From Lama glama (taxonomy: Eukaryota), in assembly GCA_028534125.1 (NCBI GenBank), contig CM052817.1, forward strand, positions 20,710,001 through 20,774,000: DNA of 64,000 nucleotides. The letters are read 5' to 3'. The translations under genes and the position numbers were made by a program. Positions 39,226 to 50,839 of the stretch are shown here, piece by piece. The notes beneath the pieces were generated by a model. The model was not told the origin of the DNA. It saw only the letters and a list, made by a program, of their open reading frames with translations, and made no database searches. How positions within the stretch are numbered: position 1 is the stretch's first letter; each line of letters begins with the position of its first letter.

Positions 39226-39726
39226 TCCACTGGGCAGAATAAAGGCCTTATTTTCTGAAACATATGGATGTGTTACTGCACATGGCAAAGGAACTTCATA
39301 GGTGTCATCAAGGCTACAGATCTTAAAATGGTGAAATTACCCTGGGTTATCCATGTGGGTTCTAATGATATGAGTCCTTAAAAGCGGAGAACATCCCCAG
39401 TTGTGGTCAGACATAGATGCAACAACAGAAAATGGGTCAGAGAGAGATGATGTGGAAACCGCTGGACCTGTATTGTTGCTAGCTTTAAAGATGGAAGAAG
39501 AGGCTGGAAAGAAATGCAGGCAGCTTTTTGAAGCTGAAAAGGGCATGGAAATGGATTGTCCACCTAGGGACTTCAGAAAGAAACACACTCTACCAAGACT
39601 TTGATTTTGGTCCTGTGAAACTCATGCCATATTCCTGACCTCCAGAACTTTAAGATAATATATTTCTGCTGTTGTAAGTCACTAAACTTGGGATAGTTTG
39701 TTACAGCAACAATAGAAAATTAATGT
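39226..39726 (+). mobile_element. MaLR solo LTR (MLT1D-like)
   Basis: CATGGCAAAGGAACTTC...CTTTAAAGATGGAAGAAG...TTTGTTACAGCAACAATAGAAAATTAAT. Confidence 0.85.
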
Positions 39727-39860
39727 ATTTATGATAATGTTGGATTGAATAATAAAAGACTTTTATTTTACCTGTTATCCAGTAAAATGCACAAATTTTG
39801 GGGAATCCTCCCAAAAAGTGTATAAAAGAAATAATACTGGTTTTTTTGGACCAGTCTTTC

Positions 39861-39956
39861 ATTGACAAGTGCCACATTTCCCTGTGCTCAATAGTTTCTT
39901 TATAAAATTGTCTAATCTTATTAACAGCATTGTAGATTTCTTACACCAAATAAAAC
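39861..39956 (+). repeat. Dispersed direct repeat, copy 1 (96 bp; copy 2 at 50369-50464)
   Basis: Ungapped hand alignment: 89/96 identical, 69/70 over the first 70 bp. Confidence 0.95.
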
Positions 39957-40340
39957 GTTATTAATATCACAATGGAATGTATAGGTTAATAACACAATTC
40001 TGTTAACAATGGCAACAACAAAAATTAACTTTTCAGTATCTGACAGAAATTGAACCAAGGTATGTGTTAGAAAGAAGAATATGCATGCAGGTTATTTTAA
40101 ATGCTCTGCATGCATGATGAAGCTTTGCAAATGTGTTTCTAAAGCAAATCTCACCTGATAGAAGCAATTGTGAAACCACAGACTAAGCCTTTGTTACCAA
40201 CTTAGAGACTTAGTCCTCTCTCACACATTTCTTTTTGCTTTCAGCATTATTATTGCTTATATTTTCCATAAAATCTCAAAAGTAATGTAATGATCTAAAG
40301 ATAATGATATCACACAAAGGGAGAAAAATCTTTAATAATT

Positions 40341-40891
40341 ATTTTAGCTCTGTATTATTTATATATTTCCGTGTAAATAATCACCCTAAAATTAGGAGCT
40401 GAAATGACAATCATTTATTGTTTCATGTAATCTATGGGTCAGAAAATACGGATGCCACTCAGTGGGGTGCCTCTGTGGAGTTCGTGATTTCTTCTGGGGT
40501 TGTTGCCAGGATGTTGGCCAAGGCTGCAGTGTTATCTCAGGATTTGATGAGCTGAAGTATCTGCTTTCAGGCAGGTGCTATCGGCAGGATTCAATTCCTT
40601 GTGGACTATTAAACCACTATTAAGGCCTCAGTTCTTTCCCATCATGCAGAGGCCTCTACATTGGGTTCCTCACAACATGGTAGGTTCCCCCAGTCTAAGC
40701 AATCCAGAGAGAGCATGAGAGCACCAAATATGGGAGTCAGAGTCTTTACAATCTAAACTTCAGTGTGATGGCCCATCGCTCCCACCATGTTCTATTGGAA
40801 TTGAGCCCACACTCAAAAGGAGGAGGTTAAGAAAAGCACAAATGCTGTGAGGCAGGGACCATTAGGAGCCATCGTAAAGGTTGCCTACCAC
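40341..40891 (-). mobile_element. MaLR solo LTR (MLT1F/G-like)
   Basis: GGCAGGATTCAATTCCTTGTGG...CCCACACTCAAAAGGAGGAG...GGTTGCCTACCACA. Confidence 0.75.
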
Positions 40892-41162
40892 AAGAACTCT
40901 TTACAGGGAATGCTTTTTGTTAACTCTTTTCAGTGAAAAAAGATTCCTGTTCAAACAGTGTGCCTTCACTGATTCCTTTATTGCTTTGTGAGGAATGGGA
41001 GATTTTAGGAGTAGACAGGGAAAGTCAATGTACATGACAAATATAGAAATGTGATCTTATTCAAAATCATACCAACTGAAGGGACTATAGTAAAGTACTT
41101 CCCAGAATGAATTATTCCTGAAATGAAGTTCATACGTTGTACAGTGAATTAACCTCACCCTG

Positions 41163-41574
41163 TGTATTAGTTTCCTGGGGCTGCTGTAACAAAGTGGGTG
41201 ACATAAACAACAGAAATTTATTTTCTCACAGTTCTGAAAACTAGAAGTCTGAATCAAGGTGTCAGCAGGGTTGGCTCCTTCTGAGGGCTGTGAGGGGGCA
41301 TTTGTTCCAAATCCCTCTCCTAGCTTTTGCTGGCCTCAGGCATTCCCTGGCTTGTAGATGGCATTCTCTCTGTGTCTTCCCATCGTCTTCCCTCACGTGT
41401 CTGTCTCTTTGCCTGAATTTCCCGTTTGTAAATAAGTTATCCTGCGTTAGAACTCAGCCTAATGATCTCGCTTTAACTTGACTCCCTTTGTAAATAAGGT
41501 CACATTCTGAGGTCCTGGGGGTTAGAACATCAACATGCCTTTTCTGGGAGGGAGACATAGTTAAATCCATAACA
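41163..41574 (-). mobile_element. MaLR solo LTR (MLT1B/C-like)
   Basis: TGTATTAGTTTCCTGGGGCTGCTGTAACAAAG...AATAAGGTCACATTCTGAGG...CCATAACA. Confidence 0.9.
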
Positions 41575-42704
41575 TCTTGTATTACATATTTTTATTATAA
41601 TCATTCCTAAACAGGAGATAAATCTGTTTCAAGCAGGCATGTCATGCCTCACACTGTTCTATGTGTGGACCCCAGATGGTCAAAATCTGTATTCTGTGAG
41701 TACTGCAGAGAAACAACAGCTGAGGGAAAAAATGGCAAAGGTTAACAGTTTCTTCCAGAAATGCTGGAAAACCAAATTCATTGTTCAAGAATTGGCACAC
41801 AAGTCTGCTCATTACCTCTGATTCAAGAAACAGTTTGTGGTCACAGCAGCTTTGCCAAAGTCCAGTAGACTGTGCTATAAATGTGGGAGAGAGTGAGGAC
41901 GGCTGGCTTTTAATCAAGAGAATAATAAGTTGTGTCAGTGTTTTTTTTTTTTAATGTAATGGCACCAAAAGTGACTCTTCTATTGGAGGAATGCTTCCAA
42001 TTTGTTAATTTTTAAAAAAAAAAAAGTTGCTTTAATATAACATTTAATTTAACATTTAATTAATTTAATTGCCACAATATCTCTATTAAAGAAATAACTG
42101 CTTAATGTTTTCATTGTGAAACTAAAATATGAAATGCTATACAGAAATAATCTGATTGGGGAAAGTTATGCTTTCTGGTAAGTCCAAAAAAATTCTACAT
42201 TTGTCTTTCAGCAATATTATAGGACTGATTTCATGCTTCTTTTATTTTTGTTATTATTACTTTCAAAATTGAAGGTAGATGATTTAGTTTGTTTCTGCAG
42301 TAAAACTGAACTGCTCCAAGTTTAGTGCCAGAAATCTTAAGTACTCAACTCTAATTTAATTGTGCCCAAATCACTTACTTCTTCGAATCCTCAATAAAAC
42401 AGCAAAAATAACATTATTGAGAGTGGAAAAGGCTAAGTTGACCACTTGGGTATTTATATTAAATAATTTGTTTCATTACAAAATTGATTTCCAACAATGA
42501 TATCTTAAAATGTTTTGAATTACATGCATTGGTATGTATTTGATTTTATGATGAAAGATTATCCTTAAATTTGGATTCTTTTAAAGAAATATTTCAGATA
42601 TACCTATACTTGCAACCAAATTTGATAAATTGTATGATATGTCCTTTGGGTTCTATACAAAGACATGGTAAGATAGGTGTGCAAGCAGTTTATTGGTAGC
42701 AGCA

Positions 42705-43870
42705 ATTGTTTGTTTTTATAGATGCACTTTGTCAGGTTGAAGAAATTCCCTCCTATACTGGATTGTTGAGTGTTTTTAATCATGAAAGACTGCTGGATAC
42801 TGTCAAATGCTTTTTTATGTATCTATTTAGATATGGTTTTGTCCTTTACATTTTAAATATGGTATATTATAGTGATAGATTTTTGGATATTTAACTAACC
42901 TTGTATTCCTGACAAAAAGTGGAAGGTTTCTTACTGGCTTGAGATCTTTCTTATTTTTGAATATAGACTTTTACAGCTTTAAATTGCCCCATGAGCACTG
43001 CTTTTGCATCCCATAAGTCTTGGTATGTTGTTTTCGATTTATTTTTTAATTTCCCTCATGATTTCTTCTTTGATTTGTTGGTTATTTGGAAATATTTTTC
43101 TTAATTTCCATATATTTGTGAATTCCATAAATTTTCATTTGTTTTTGATACCCAGTTTAGAGTCAGTCGTCAGAGAATATTTTTTTTTGTGTAATTTTAA
43201 TTATTTTAGATCTGTTGAGGCTTTTTTATGGTTCCATTCATGTTTTATTTCTGAGAATGTTTCCTGTGTTCCTGAGAAGATACACCTGCTGTTATTGCAT
43301 AGTGTGTCTTATAAATGTCCATTAGTTCTCCTTTGTATACAGTGTTCAAGTTTTCTATATTCTTGTTTATCTTTTGCCTATTCTATGTGTTATTGAAAGT
43401 GGGGTATTATAGTTTTTGACTGCAATTGTTAATCTTCAGTTACAATTGTAAAATTGCCTATTTCTACCTCAATTCTGTCTGGTTTTGCTTATGTATCTCA
43501 GGACTTTTTTGTTTGGTGTATATATCTATAATTGGTATATATCTTCCTGAAGGACTGTTCCTCTTATCATTATGAAGTGTGCTTTTTTGTCTCTAGTAAT
43601 TAATTTTGTCTTAAAATCTGTTTTGTCTGATATTAGCATAGTTACTTCTGTTCTCTTAGGTAGCTGTTTGCTGGTATAGTCTCTTCTGTTATTTTAATTT
43701 TTAACAATTTGTGTCTTTGAGTCTGAAGTGTGTCTCTTATAGACAGGACAGAGTTGTATAATATTTTTTATACATTCTGACAAATTGTACTTTTTGATTG
43801 AAGTGTTTAACCCATTTTCATTTAATATAATTTATTAAATTATAATAATACTGGCTAATGCTGGCAGCTA
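42705..43870 (-). mobile_element. Old L1 ORF2 fragments with an internal deletion
   Basis: TCAGGTTGAAGAAATTCCC...GTCAAATGCTTTTT; GCACTGCTTTTGCATCCCATAAG; TTGTCTTAAAATCTGTTTTGTCTGATATTA. Confidence 0.8.
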
Positions 43871-45329
43871 TTTTGATACATAGTTTCCTTCCTCCCTTAT
43901 CAGGCCCATTGTGTTCTCAGCTTGGTTACTGATTTGGACCTACGGATGGTGAATGTGTCTTTGGCTTAAGAGATGAAGCAGATCCTGAAGTGCTCCAGTT
44001 TTAGATGTTAACAACTCGTGCTGCTTGTAGATGAATATCAGTCTCTTTTTTGATGCACTATCTGATTATCTGAGTCATTCACTTTCATGGCTGCCATATA
44101 TATCATGTGAGCTTTTCTTTTCCCTTTTGATTCTCTTTTTCTGTACTAATTTATTTCCATTGCCCAAGGTTTCATGGTAAAATCAATGCCTAGGACTATG
44201 AACTCTTGTGCCTTCTTACCAAATAGCTGACTGATGACTTGGATGCATTTTAGAACCACTGAATGCTTAAGTTGAGTATAAAACTCAGTCATTCATGTTT
44301 CATGATCAACTGGAGAGAATAATATTATCTTGCATTACTATTATCCTATGTAGCAGATGCTTTATAAAATTCCTTAGTGAACTTGAATTTTTTATATTTC
44401 TGTGCAATCTAGATGTGAATTCCAATAACTGATCTATAGTAATATTAATATAGGTGTGCTTAATATATATGAACTGTCCCTCTGTTACTTGAAAAAACTT
44501 TTTATCTTCAGGTTTTGACAGTCCACACCAAGACCCAACTGTTGACAACGCCCTCACTTTCTGTGTTTTAACAATCTGTGTCAGGCAACTCCACTTCAAA
44601 GAAGCTCTCTTTACATCCATACTGGCCTCCTTCCCACCAAGATGCCCTTTCCACTTAACTCAAGCTTTGTCACTCTTCCATGGGCACCCCTAGCCTACAT
44701 AAAAGCTTACTCACTCCCTCAAGCTCTGGTATCTTGTGCTCAATTGCCCTGTTGTTCATCTCTGACATTTAACCAGGCATCCTTCCTAAATGGTTGCATT
44801 CCTCACACTGCCTGGGCTCCAGCACCTGGCACTGGTCCATCTTGCTCTTCTTTCCCCATCAATCCCAGTGCAGATACCTAACATGCTTGGCACAGTTTAA
44901 TAATAAATTGAATGTTAATCCTTAGAAAATCATCACTCGTGCATGTGCTGTTTCTCTCTCTCCACTGAATGTTATTGAAAAAGGAAAAATAACTGATTTT
45001 GTAAGATGAATTAGTGAATCAGGACCCACCAAATATCACTCACTTCTCAAGTAAAACTGAAAATACCTAGATGAAAAGGGAAGAAGAAGCCTATGTGATA
45101 TTAGGAATATTAAGTATCTTAACAATCTCAAATAGGTTTGGAAGGAATATATATCTTGCCTAACTATTATTGGGCATACAAGTCCCTTGAGAATGTTCTC
45201 AGAAAAGAGTTGTATAATATCTTTTTGAACAGTTCTAGTGCTAGAAAATTTACTACCATAGCATTTACTTATAAGATCTAATTTAAGACCCTATAACTAA
45301 AAATAAAGATGTAAATTTCATAATATAGT

Positions 45330-46400
45330 TATTCATTTATTCCTTCTTTGTGTCCTTGATTTTTCAACAAATATTTTTTAAGGAACTATTAAGTGATAAG
45401 TATTCTTCTATAATAGTTTAAAAATGGACAAAAATTCCTGATTTCATGGAGTTGACATTCTAGTGGGATAGGAGAAAGCAAGGTTAATAAGTAAAATATA
45501 AGGTATAATAGTTAACTATAATTTCTTTGGAGGAGAATAACACAAAGAAGGGTCATACAGAATGTCAGCAAGCACAGGTGGTAATCCAGGTCATTATATT
45601 TTCTTCTAATGGTGCAGAGGCTGGGTAATCATTCACATAGATATTAAGTTCTAATCAATGGAATTTGTAAATGTTATTCTATGTGGTAAAGACTTTGCAG
45701 ATGAGATTAAGGATCCTTAGATGGGAAGATTATTCTGGATTATCTGGATGAGACCTAAATGCATTTATAGATACCCTAACAAAAGCAAAGCAGCAGGAAA
45801 TTAAACACACACAAAGCAGAAAGCAGTGTGAAGATGGGGCAGAGAAAATTTTGAATATGGTGGCTTTGAAGATTGGGCATTTGTGGCCACAAGCCAAGGA
45901 ATGCTGGCAGCCACCAGAAGGTGGAAGAAGCAAGGAATGGATTCCCCGTTAAAGCCTCCTGTAGGAGTGTGACCCTGCCAAAATCTTGGTTTTGGTCAAA
46001 TGAAACTTAACTTTGGACTTTTTGGGCCTTCAGAATTGTGAGGGAATACGTTTTTATTATTTTAATCCACCTAGTTTGTGGTGATTTTTTTATAGCAGCC
46101 AAAGGAAAACTAATACTAACAGTATCTGAGGAAAGACCCCTTGAGGTGACATTTGTGTAAAGATATGATGGTTTGAAGGTTTAAGGGACAGAGAGGGCAG
46201 AAGTTGGAGTTAAGGGCAGATTTTGCAACATTTTTCCAAAGATTTTGAATTTTACTCTTTAATTTGGACTTACACTCATAGGGAAGTGACATTTGAGCTG
46301 AGTCTTGAAAAAACAGTTTAAAATATTACAGGAAGAGGGAATAATATATGTAAAGTCTTGAAAGCATGAAAAATTTAAGAATACTCTAGGATATGAAAAG
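45330..46400 (-). mobile_element. L2 fragments split by an MLT1 LTR
   Basis: TTCAACAAATATTT...CATGGAGTTGACATTCTAGTGGG; GGAAGTGACATTTGAGCTGAGTCTTGAA. Confidence 0.6.
45610..46115 (+). mobile_element. MaLR solo LTR (MLT1C/D-like)
   Basis: GACTTTGCAGATGAGATTAAGGATC...GCCACAAGCCAAGGAATGCTGGCAGCCACCAGAAG...GGAAAACTAATAC. Confidence 0.88.
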
Positions 46401-46784
46401 ATTTAATACCTTTCTGCATGCATCTATCAATTAGAAAGAGTTAAGAGCAAAATATGTCCTTCGGTATATGATAATGTTAAGCCGTAAAACATGTATACAG
46501 CAGTTCCTCTTTCAACTCGGAAGTCTACTTCTTGCATGGAAGAAAAGTGATCTATAACCTGTATCCTGATGATTAAGTAGTGTTCTTAAAAAGGTAAGGG
46601 CTCCTCTTGGCAGGAAAAGTAGAAGTTATTTCATCTGATTAGGAATCATACTGAGGCTGACATCTTACCACATGTTCAAGTGCGTTATAATTCATTTCCA
46701 TGGGGTACCAGAAAAAAAATTTAGCAGCAGTTAAGAAGTTCTAAATTTAAGGTTTATAATAGTTCAATGGAAATCTAGGCATGT

Positions 46785-46852
46785 ATCTATCAATCTATCT
46801 ATCTATCTACTTATCTATCTATCTATCATCCACCTGCATCTATCATCTATCT
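46785..46852. repeat. Imperfect (TATC)n microsatellite
   Basis: Directly visible. Confidence 0.9.
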
Positions 46853-46979
46853 AGTGGTTACTCTGTCTCAACCTCAGTGAATAAATAGAAGTTGAAGTTC
46901 ATTGTTATTCATTTACTTTTTCTGGTATATACACAAATATTCCTATTTTGAGTTCCTTATGAATGATACACACATGAAT

Positions 46980-47112
46980 AATAATACAAATATTTACAAG
47001 AGCTTAATATATGCTAGGCATACTTCTGAGAACTTCTGAGAACATCATATATACGATTTCATTTAATCTTTACATCAATAAACACTATCTCTGTTTCACA
47101 GATGAGGAGACT
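46980..47112 (-). mobile_element. MIR fragment
   Basis: TTCATTTAATCTTTACATCA...TTTCACAGATGAGGAGACTG. Confidence 0.7.
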
Positions 47113-48859
47113 GTCTATACTTTATTTTCAAAATGGAAGCAGAATATTTAACGTATGTAATGTAACATTATCTGAAGTCTCTAAACTGTTAGCTTGTAAT
47201 AAGATAAGGTGAAAGATCACAGGGCTAAAATAAACCCAGGAGTCAGCTCTTATGAAGCAATATTGGAATGTCAAACATGTTCAAAAGCGCCAGTACAAGC
47301 CAAGGAGATGTAATCATATTGGATATTAGCACGGCATAGGCCAAGAACCAAATGGAGTAATTGCTCAATTCAGAGCTATAAGTACAAGGTCAGATCATAC
47401 AGGCAGAGACAAATAAACTACCAAGACATTAAGTCTCAGTGATTATATATAGGTAATACAATTGAGTTCCATCCAACTACAACTTGTTGGTGCATGGTCT
47501 CCTTTCAATTGGCGGCAAAGACATCTGAGACCCCGGATATTTTCTTGGCATGGGCACTGTGGGTAAGAAAGATCAATACATAGATGGAATAAAGGTGAAT
47601 TCCAGTAAAGACAAATCTCTGTTACCTTCAGAGTGTAGAGTGTTTGATATAATCCACCCATCACTAAATGGCTGGCTACTTTTCTTAAGAAAAAATGATA
47701 ATCAGAGGTCTTTTATACTGGAAAGTGTAGTTTGCTGACCCTTGATGTTGGGTTTATTGTATAAACATCAATGCATAAACTCTTCATGTACCAGCAAAAG
47801 GATGACTACCTCAGGTCACCTCTCCCCCTATACAAATTAGACAACAGGCGTACAACTGAAGCACTGACCACTGCGTATTCATCACCAAAGCACTTTAAGG
47901 CTATCCATAAATAAAGCTGTGATGCATCAGTTACCCATTTGTGATTAGAACCAACCTTCAGCCAAATGTAACTTGTGAACTGGGCTCAAGTTCTCTCCTC
48001 TGCCATTTGGCCTAGAGGAACACTTCCCTCCACTAGCTGTAGATGTGAATTGCAGCAGAGTCATCAGTGTAATAGAAACGGTTGACAAGTTATCTGTCTT
48101 ACTGTTTATGTAATGTAGTTTTTTCCTTCCAGACCTGTTCCAACTTAATCCCAAATATACAATTTTATTGTAGTACTTTGGCTCTCCACTGTGCCCACTT
48201 AACCGTATGGTTTTGTGAATTTAACAATTTCCAGCTCAAGACGGCCTCTGTCAGTCTCATCATCACTTTGTGTCCCAAGATCAGCCTCTGAGACCTTAAA
48301 GTATGATCCTGGTCTGGTTTTCTCGATAGTAAGCAGCTGCAAGTGATGACAGTCTTCTCAAAATTTGCAAAATCTGCTAACGTGTTATTTCATAATTGCC
48401 TAAGTTAGGAGTGAGGTGCCCTTAGCTTATAAGTTTCCTCTTACAAGGCTTCCGTTGCAGTTAACATAAGCCAGTTCACTTCAAACTCCTTAAAATGATT
48501 CCTGCCCCAAGCCTTTCAAGTGACACAGCTGCCATATATCCTGATGACTAACTTTTAAAGCTTAATTTCATTCCAATTAATAATTGTGATGCTACCATAT
48601 GATAGATGTTATCACTGCCCCACTGATAATGATGTCATCTGAACAGGGAGAAATCCATCCCAATGTCCCATTCTGAGGGCCTGTTTTTGAATTTCATTCC
48701 CCAGAAAGTAGAGGCAGGGACTTGTATGCTACTTCTTTATAAGGGAGTATAGTTTCGTTGAACAAAAGTAAAGAAAAAGTGGACTGAAGCCCACGGTCTT
48801 ATCACAACTCTATCCTCTCTCACTGACCTTTCCAAGTGATCTTATAATTCATTGTTTTA

Positions 48860-48990
48860 TGCCTTCCTCTAGACAGTATTGCAAGCCCCTTGGAGGCAGG
48901 AACCTTGTCTTGTTCATGGCTATAGCCCAAGCACCAAGCACAATGCCTGGGTTGTAATGTTCAATAAATAGTTGTTGAGTGAATAAATAC
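48860..48990 (+). mobile_element. L2 3' end
   Basis: GGAGGCAGGAACCTTGTCTTGTTCA...TCAATAAATAGTTGTTGAGTGAAT. Confidence 0.75.
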
Positions 48991-49036
48991 TGGGGCTCTG
49001 TTCAAGGTTTTGAATGAGTAGTATTATAAAGTAGAA

Positions 49037-49676
49037 TGTTGACATAGGAAAAATGTGGGGCCAGAGGATAGCCATGTCCCAGGTCTCAACTAAGTCCCTG
49101 GTACACGATCCACCAAGTGTGGGTCCTTGGTTTTGTGCAGGAAAGGATTTCAAGAGCGAGCCACAGCTGAGTAAAGGTAGGTTTATTTAGAGAGATACAT
49201 ACTCTAGAGACAGATACATACTCTAGAGACAGAGTGCAGGTTGTTTCAGAAGGCAAGATAAAGGCCATGAGGTGTGGGGTTAAGAACTCAATTTAAAGTA
49301 ACAGTACTTACACACACTATAGACAGAGTGCTGTCCGTCTCACTCCGAAGAGAAAGTAGCCACTAGGTGTGCGGGTTGTTAGTTTTTATGGGCTTGGTAA
49401 CTTCATATGCTAATAAGTGGGAGGGTTATTCCATCTACCTTGTGGGAAGGGGCTGGGGATTCCCAGGAACTGGGCCATCACTCACTCTTTGACCTTTTGT
49501 GGTCAGCCTTAAAACTGCCCTGGCACCTGTGGGAAGACCATTTAGCAGCTATTGTATTTCAATGAGTGTATATTGAAGCTCAAGGTCTACTGGGAGTTGA
49601 ATCTTCCACCATCTTGGTGCTAATTGCTGTGTCATTCTTGTAATGGTTGTGCCCTGCCCCCTTCCTTCCTGTCTCT
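49037..49676 (-). mobile_element. Lineage-specific ERV LTR (probably ERV1) with an internal 19-bp tandem duplication
   Basis: GGAAAGGATTTCAAGAGCGAGCCA...GTTTATTT (poly(A) signal on -); ends CTTCCTGTCTC; AGATACATACTCTAGAGAC twice at 49193-49230. Confidence 0.7.
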
Positions 49677-50278
49677 CCATGAGCCTCCCTTGTGTGGGCA
49701 GAGAACCATGGTGAGGACACAGCAGGGTGAAGTTCAGCCACAGAAACTAGAGCTGGGATGGAGCCAAATTCCTGTAACAAAGGAGTCTGGCAAAAATCGA
49801 ACCCTGGTGTTTATTTAATGCAAAATAGTGAGAGCCAGAAAATGCTCCTTGTGTCTTGTCTTCTCTCATCTCTTATTAAAATAGAGGTGGGTGGGCTGTG
49901 GGCAGCAACCGGAATGCTTGGGGGTTCCTTGGGAAAGATAAAAAATCAAGGGAAAGAACTCATAAGTTACTCTGGAAGATGAGTTCCTAGAGCTGGTGGA
50001 GACTTTTGATGCTAATAAAAAACATGTCAAAAAAGCTCATGAGACCTAGGGCTGTGTTTGGTCCTGCTGAGAACCAAACCACTCTGTTTAACTTGCTTTG
50101 CCAGGGGAATGAATGCTGTTCGTAGTGAGCTCACTGGAGAAATAAACCACTTTTAGCCTTTTTTCAAACTTTCTGTGGCTAAGGATTGTTGCCACCAACC
50201 TCTCTGTGAGGCACACAAGCCGATAGACCCTCCCAGCTAGAGCTGTGCCATCGCTCTTGCAGGCTAGTGCTGCAGAAG

Positions 50279-50839
50279 TGTCAGAGCAGGCCGGTAGCTG
50301 GATCTGAGCTAGATCTGACAAATCTCTAGTGTCCAAATGTAACTTTTTGCTCATTACGCCCTCATTTGATTGACAAGTGCCACATTTCCCTGTGCTCAGT
50401 AGTTTCTTTATAAAATTGTCTAATCTTATTAACAGCATCACAGATTCCTTTCACCAGATAAAACAGATTAGAAGTATCCATCACGCACTGACGCCATGGC
50501 ACTTCTGATCCAGACTAAATAAGGACAAACCTGCCCCCTCCCCACCTTTGGGAAGGTGGAGTTAGAATGAAAATCAGGAAATAGGACCCCAAGCCCTTTC
50601 CTCCCCCATGAATCCCTTCCCTCCTCAATGAATATTCTGCCCATCCATCTCTACACTCTGTGTAACCAACTTACCTAAGAAACTCAAGGCAGCTGCTCAC
50701 CTGAGCCTGCCTACTCTCCCCCCGAGACTGTACTATCTATCCTTTAATAAATCCCCACTGTACTGTCTCAGCCTTCGTATCTTGTCTCTGAATTCTTTCT
50801 TGGACAGGGCGAGAACCTGGACACTGCTCACATCTACCA
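50279..50839 (+). mobile_element. ERV1-class solo LTR carrying a 96-bp foreign insert
   Basis: Starts TGTCAGAGCAGG and ends TCTACCA like the reverse complement of 2973-3519; AATAAA at 50746-50751; imperfect 4-bp TSD GAAG/GCAG. Confidence 0.82.
50369..50464 (+). repeat. Dispersed direct repeat, copy 2, embedded in the LTR
   Basis: 89/96 identical to 39861-39956. Confidence 0.95.

Noticed and set aside
47810..47985. Minus-strand open stretch containing WVTDAS (RNase H-like TDAS)
   Set aside because: Only a 4-6 residue match, without the surrounding retroelement RNase H motifs.
50088..50441. 117-aa minus-strand ORF spanning the duplicated segment
   Set aside because: It crosses the insert, the LTR and the flank, so it is a mosaic with no protein similarity I recognise.
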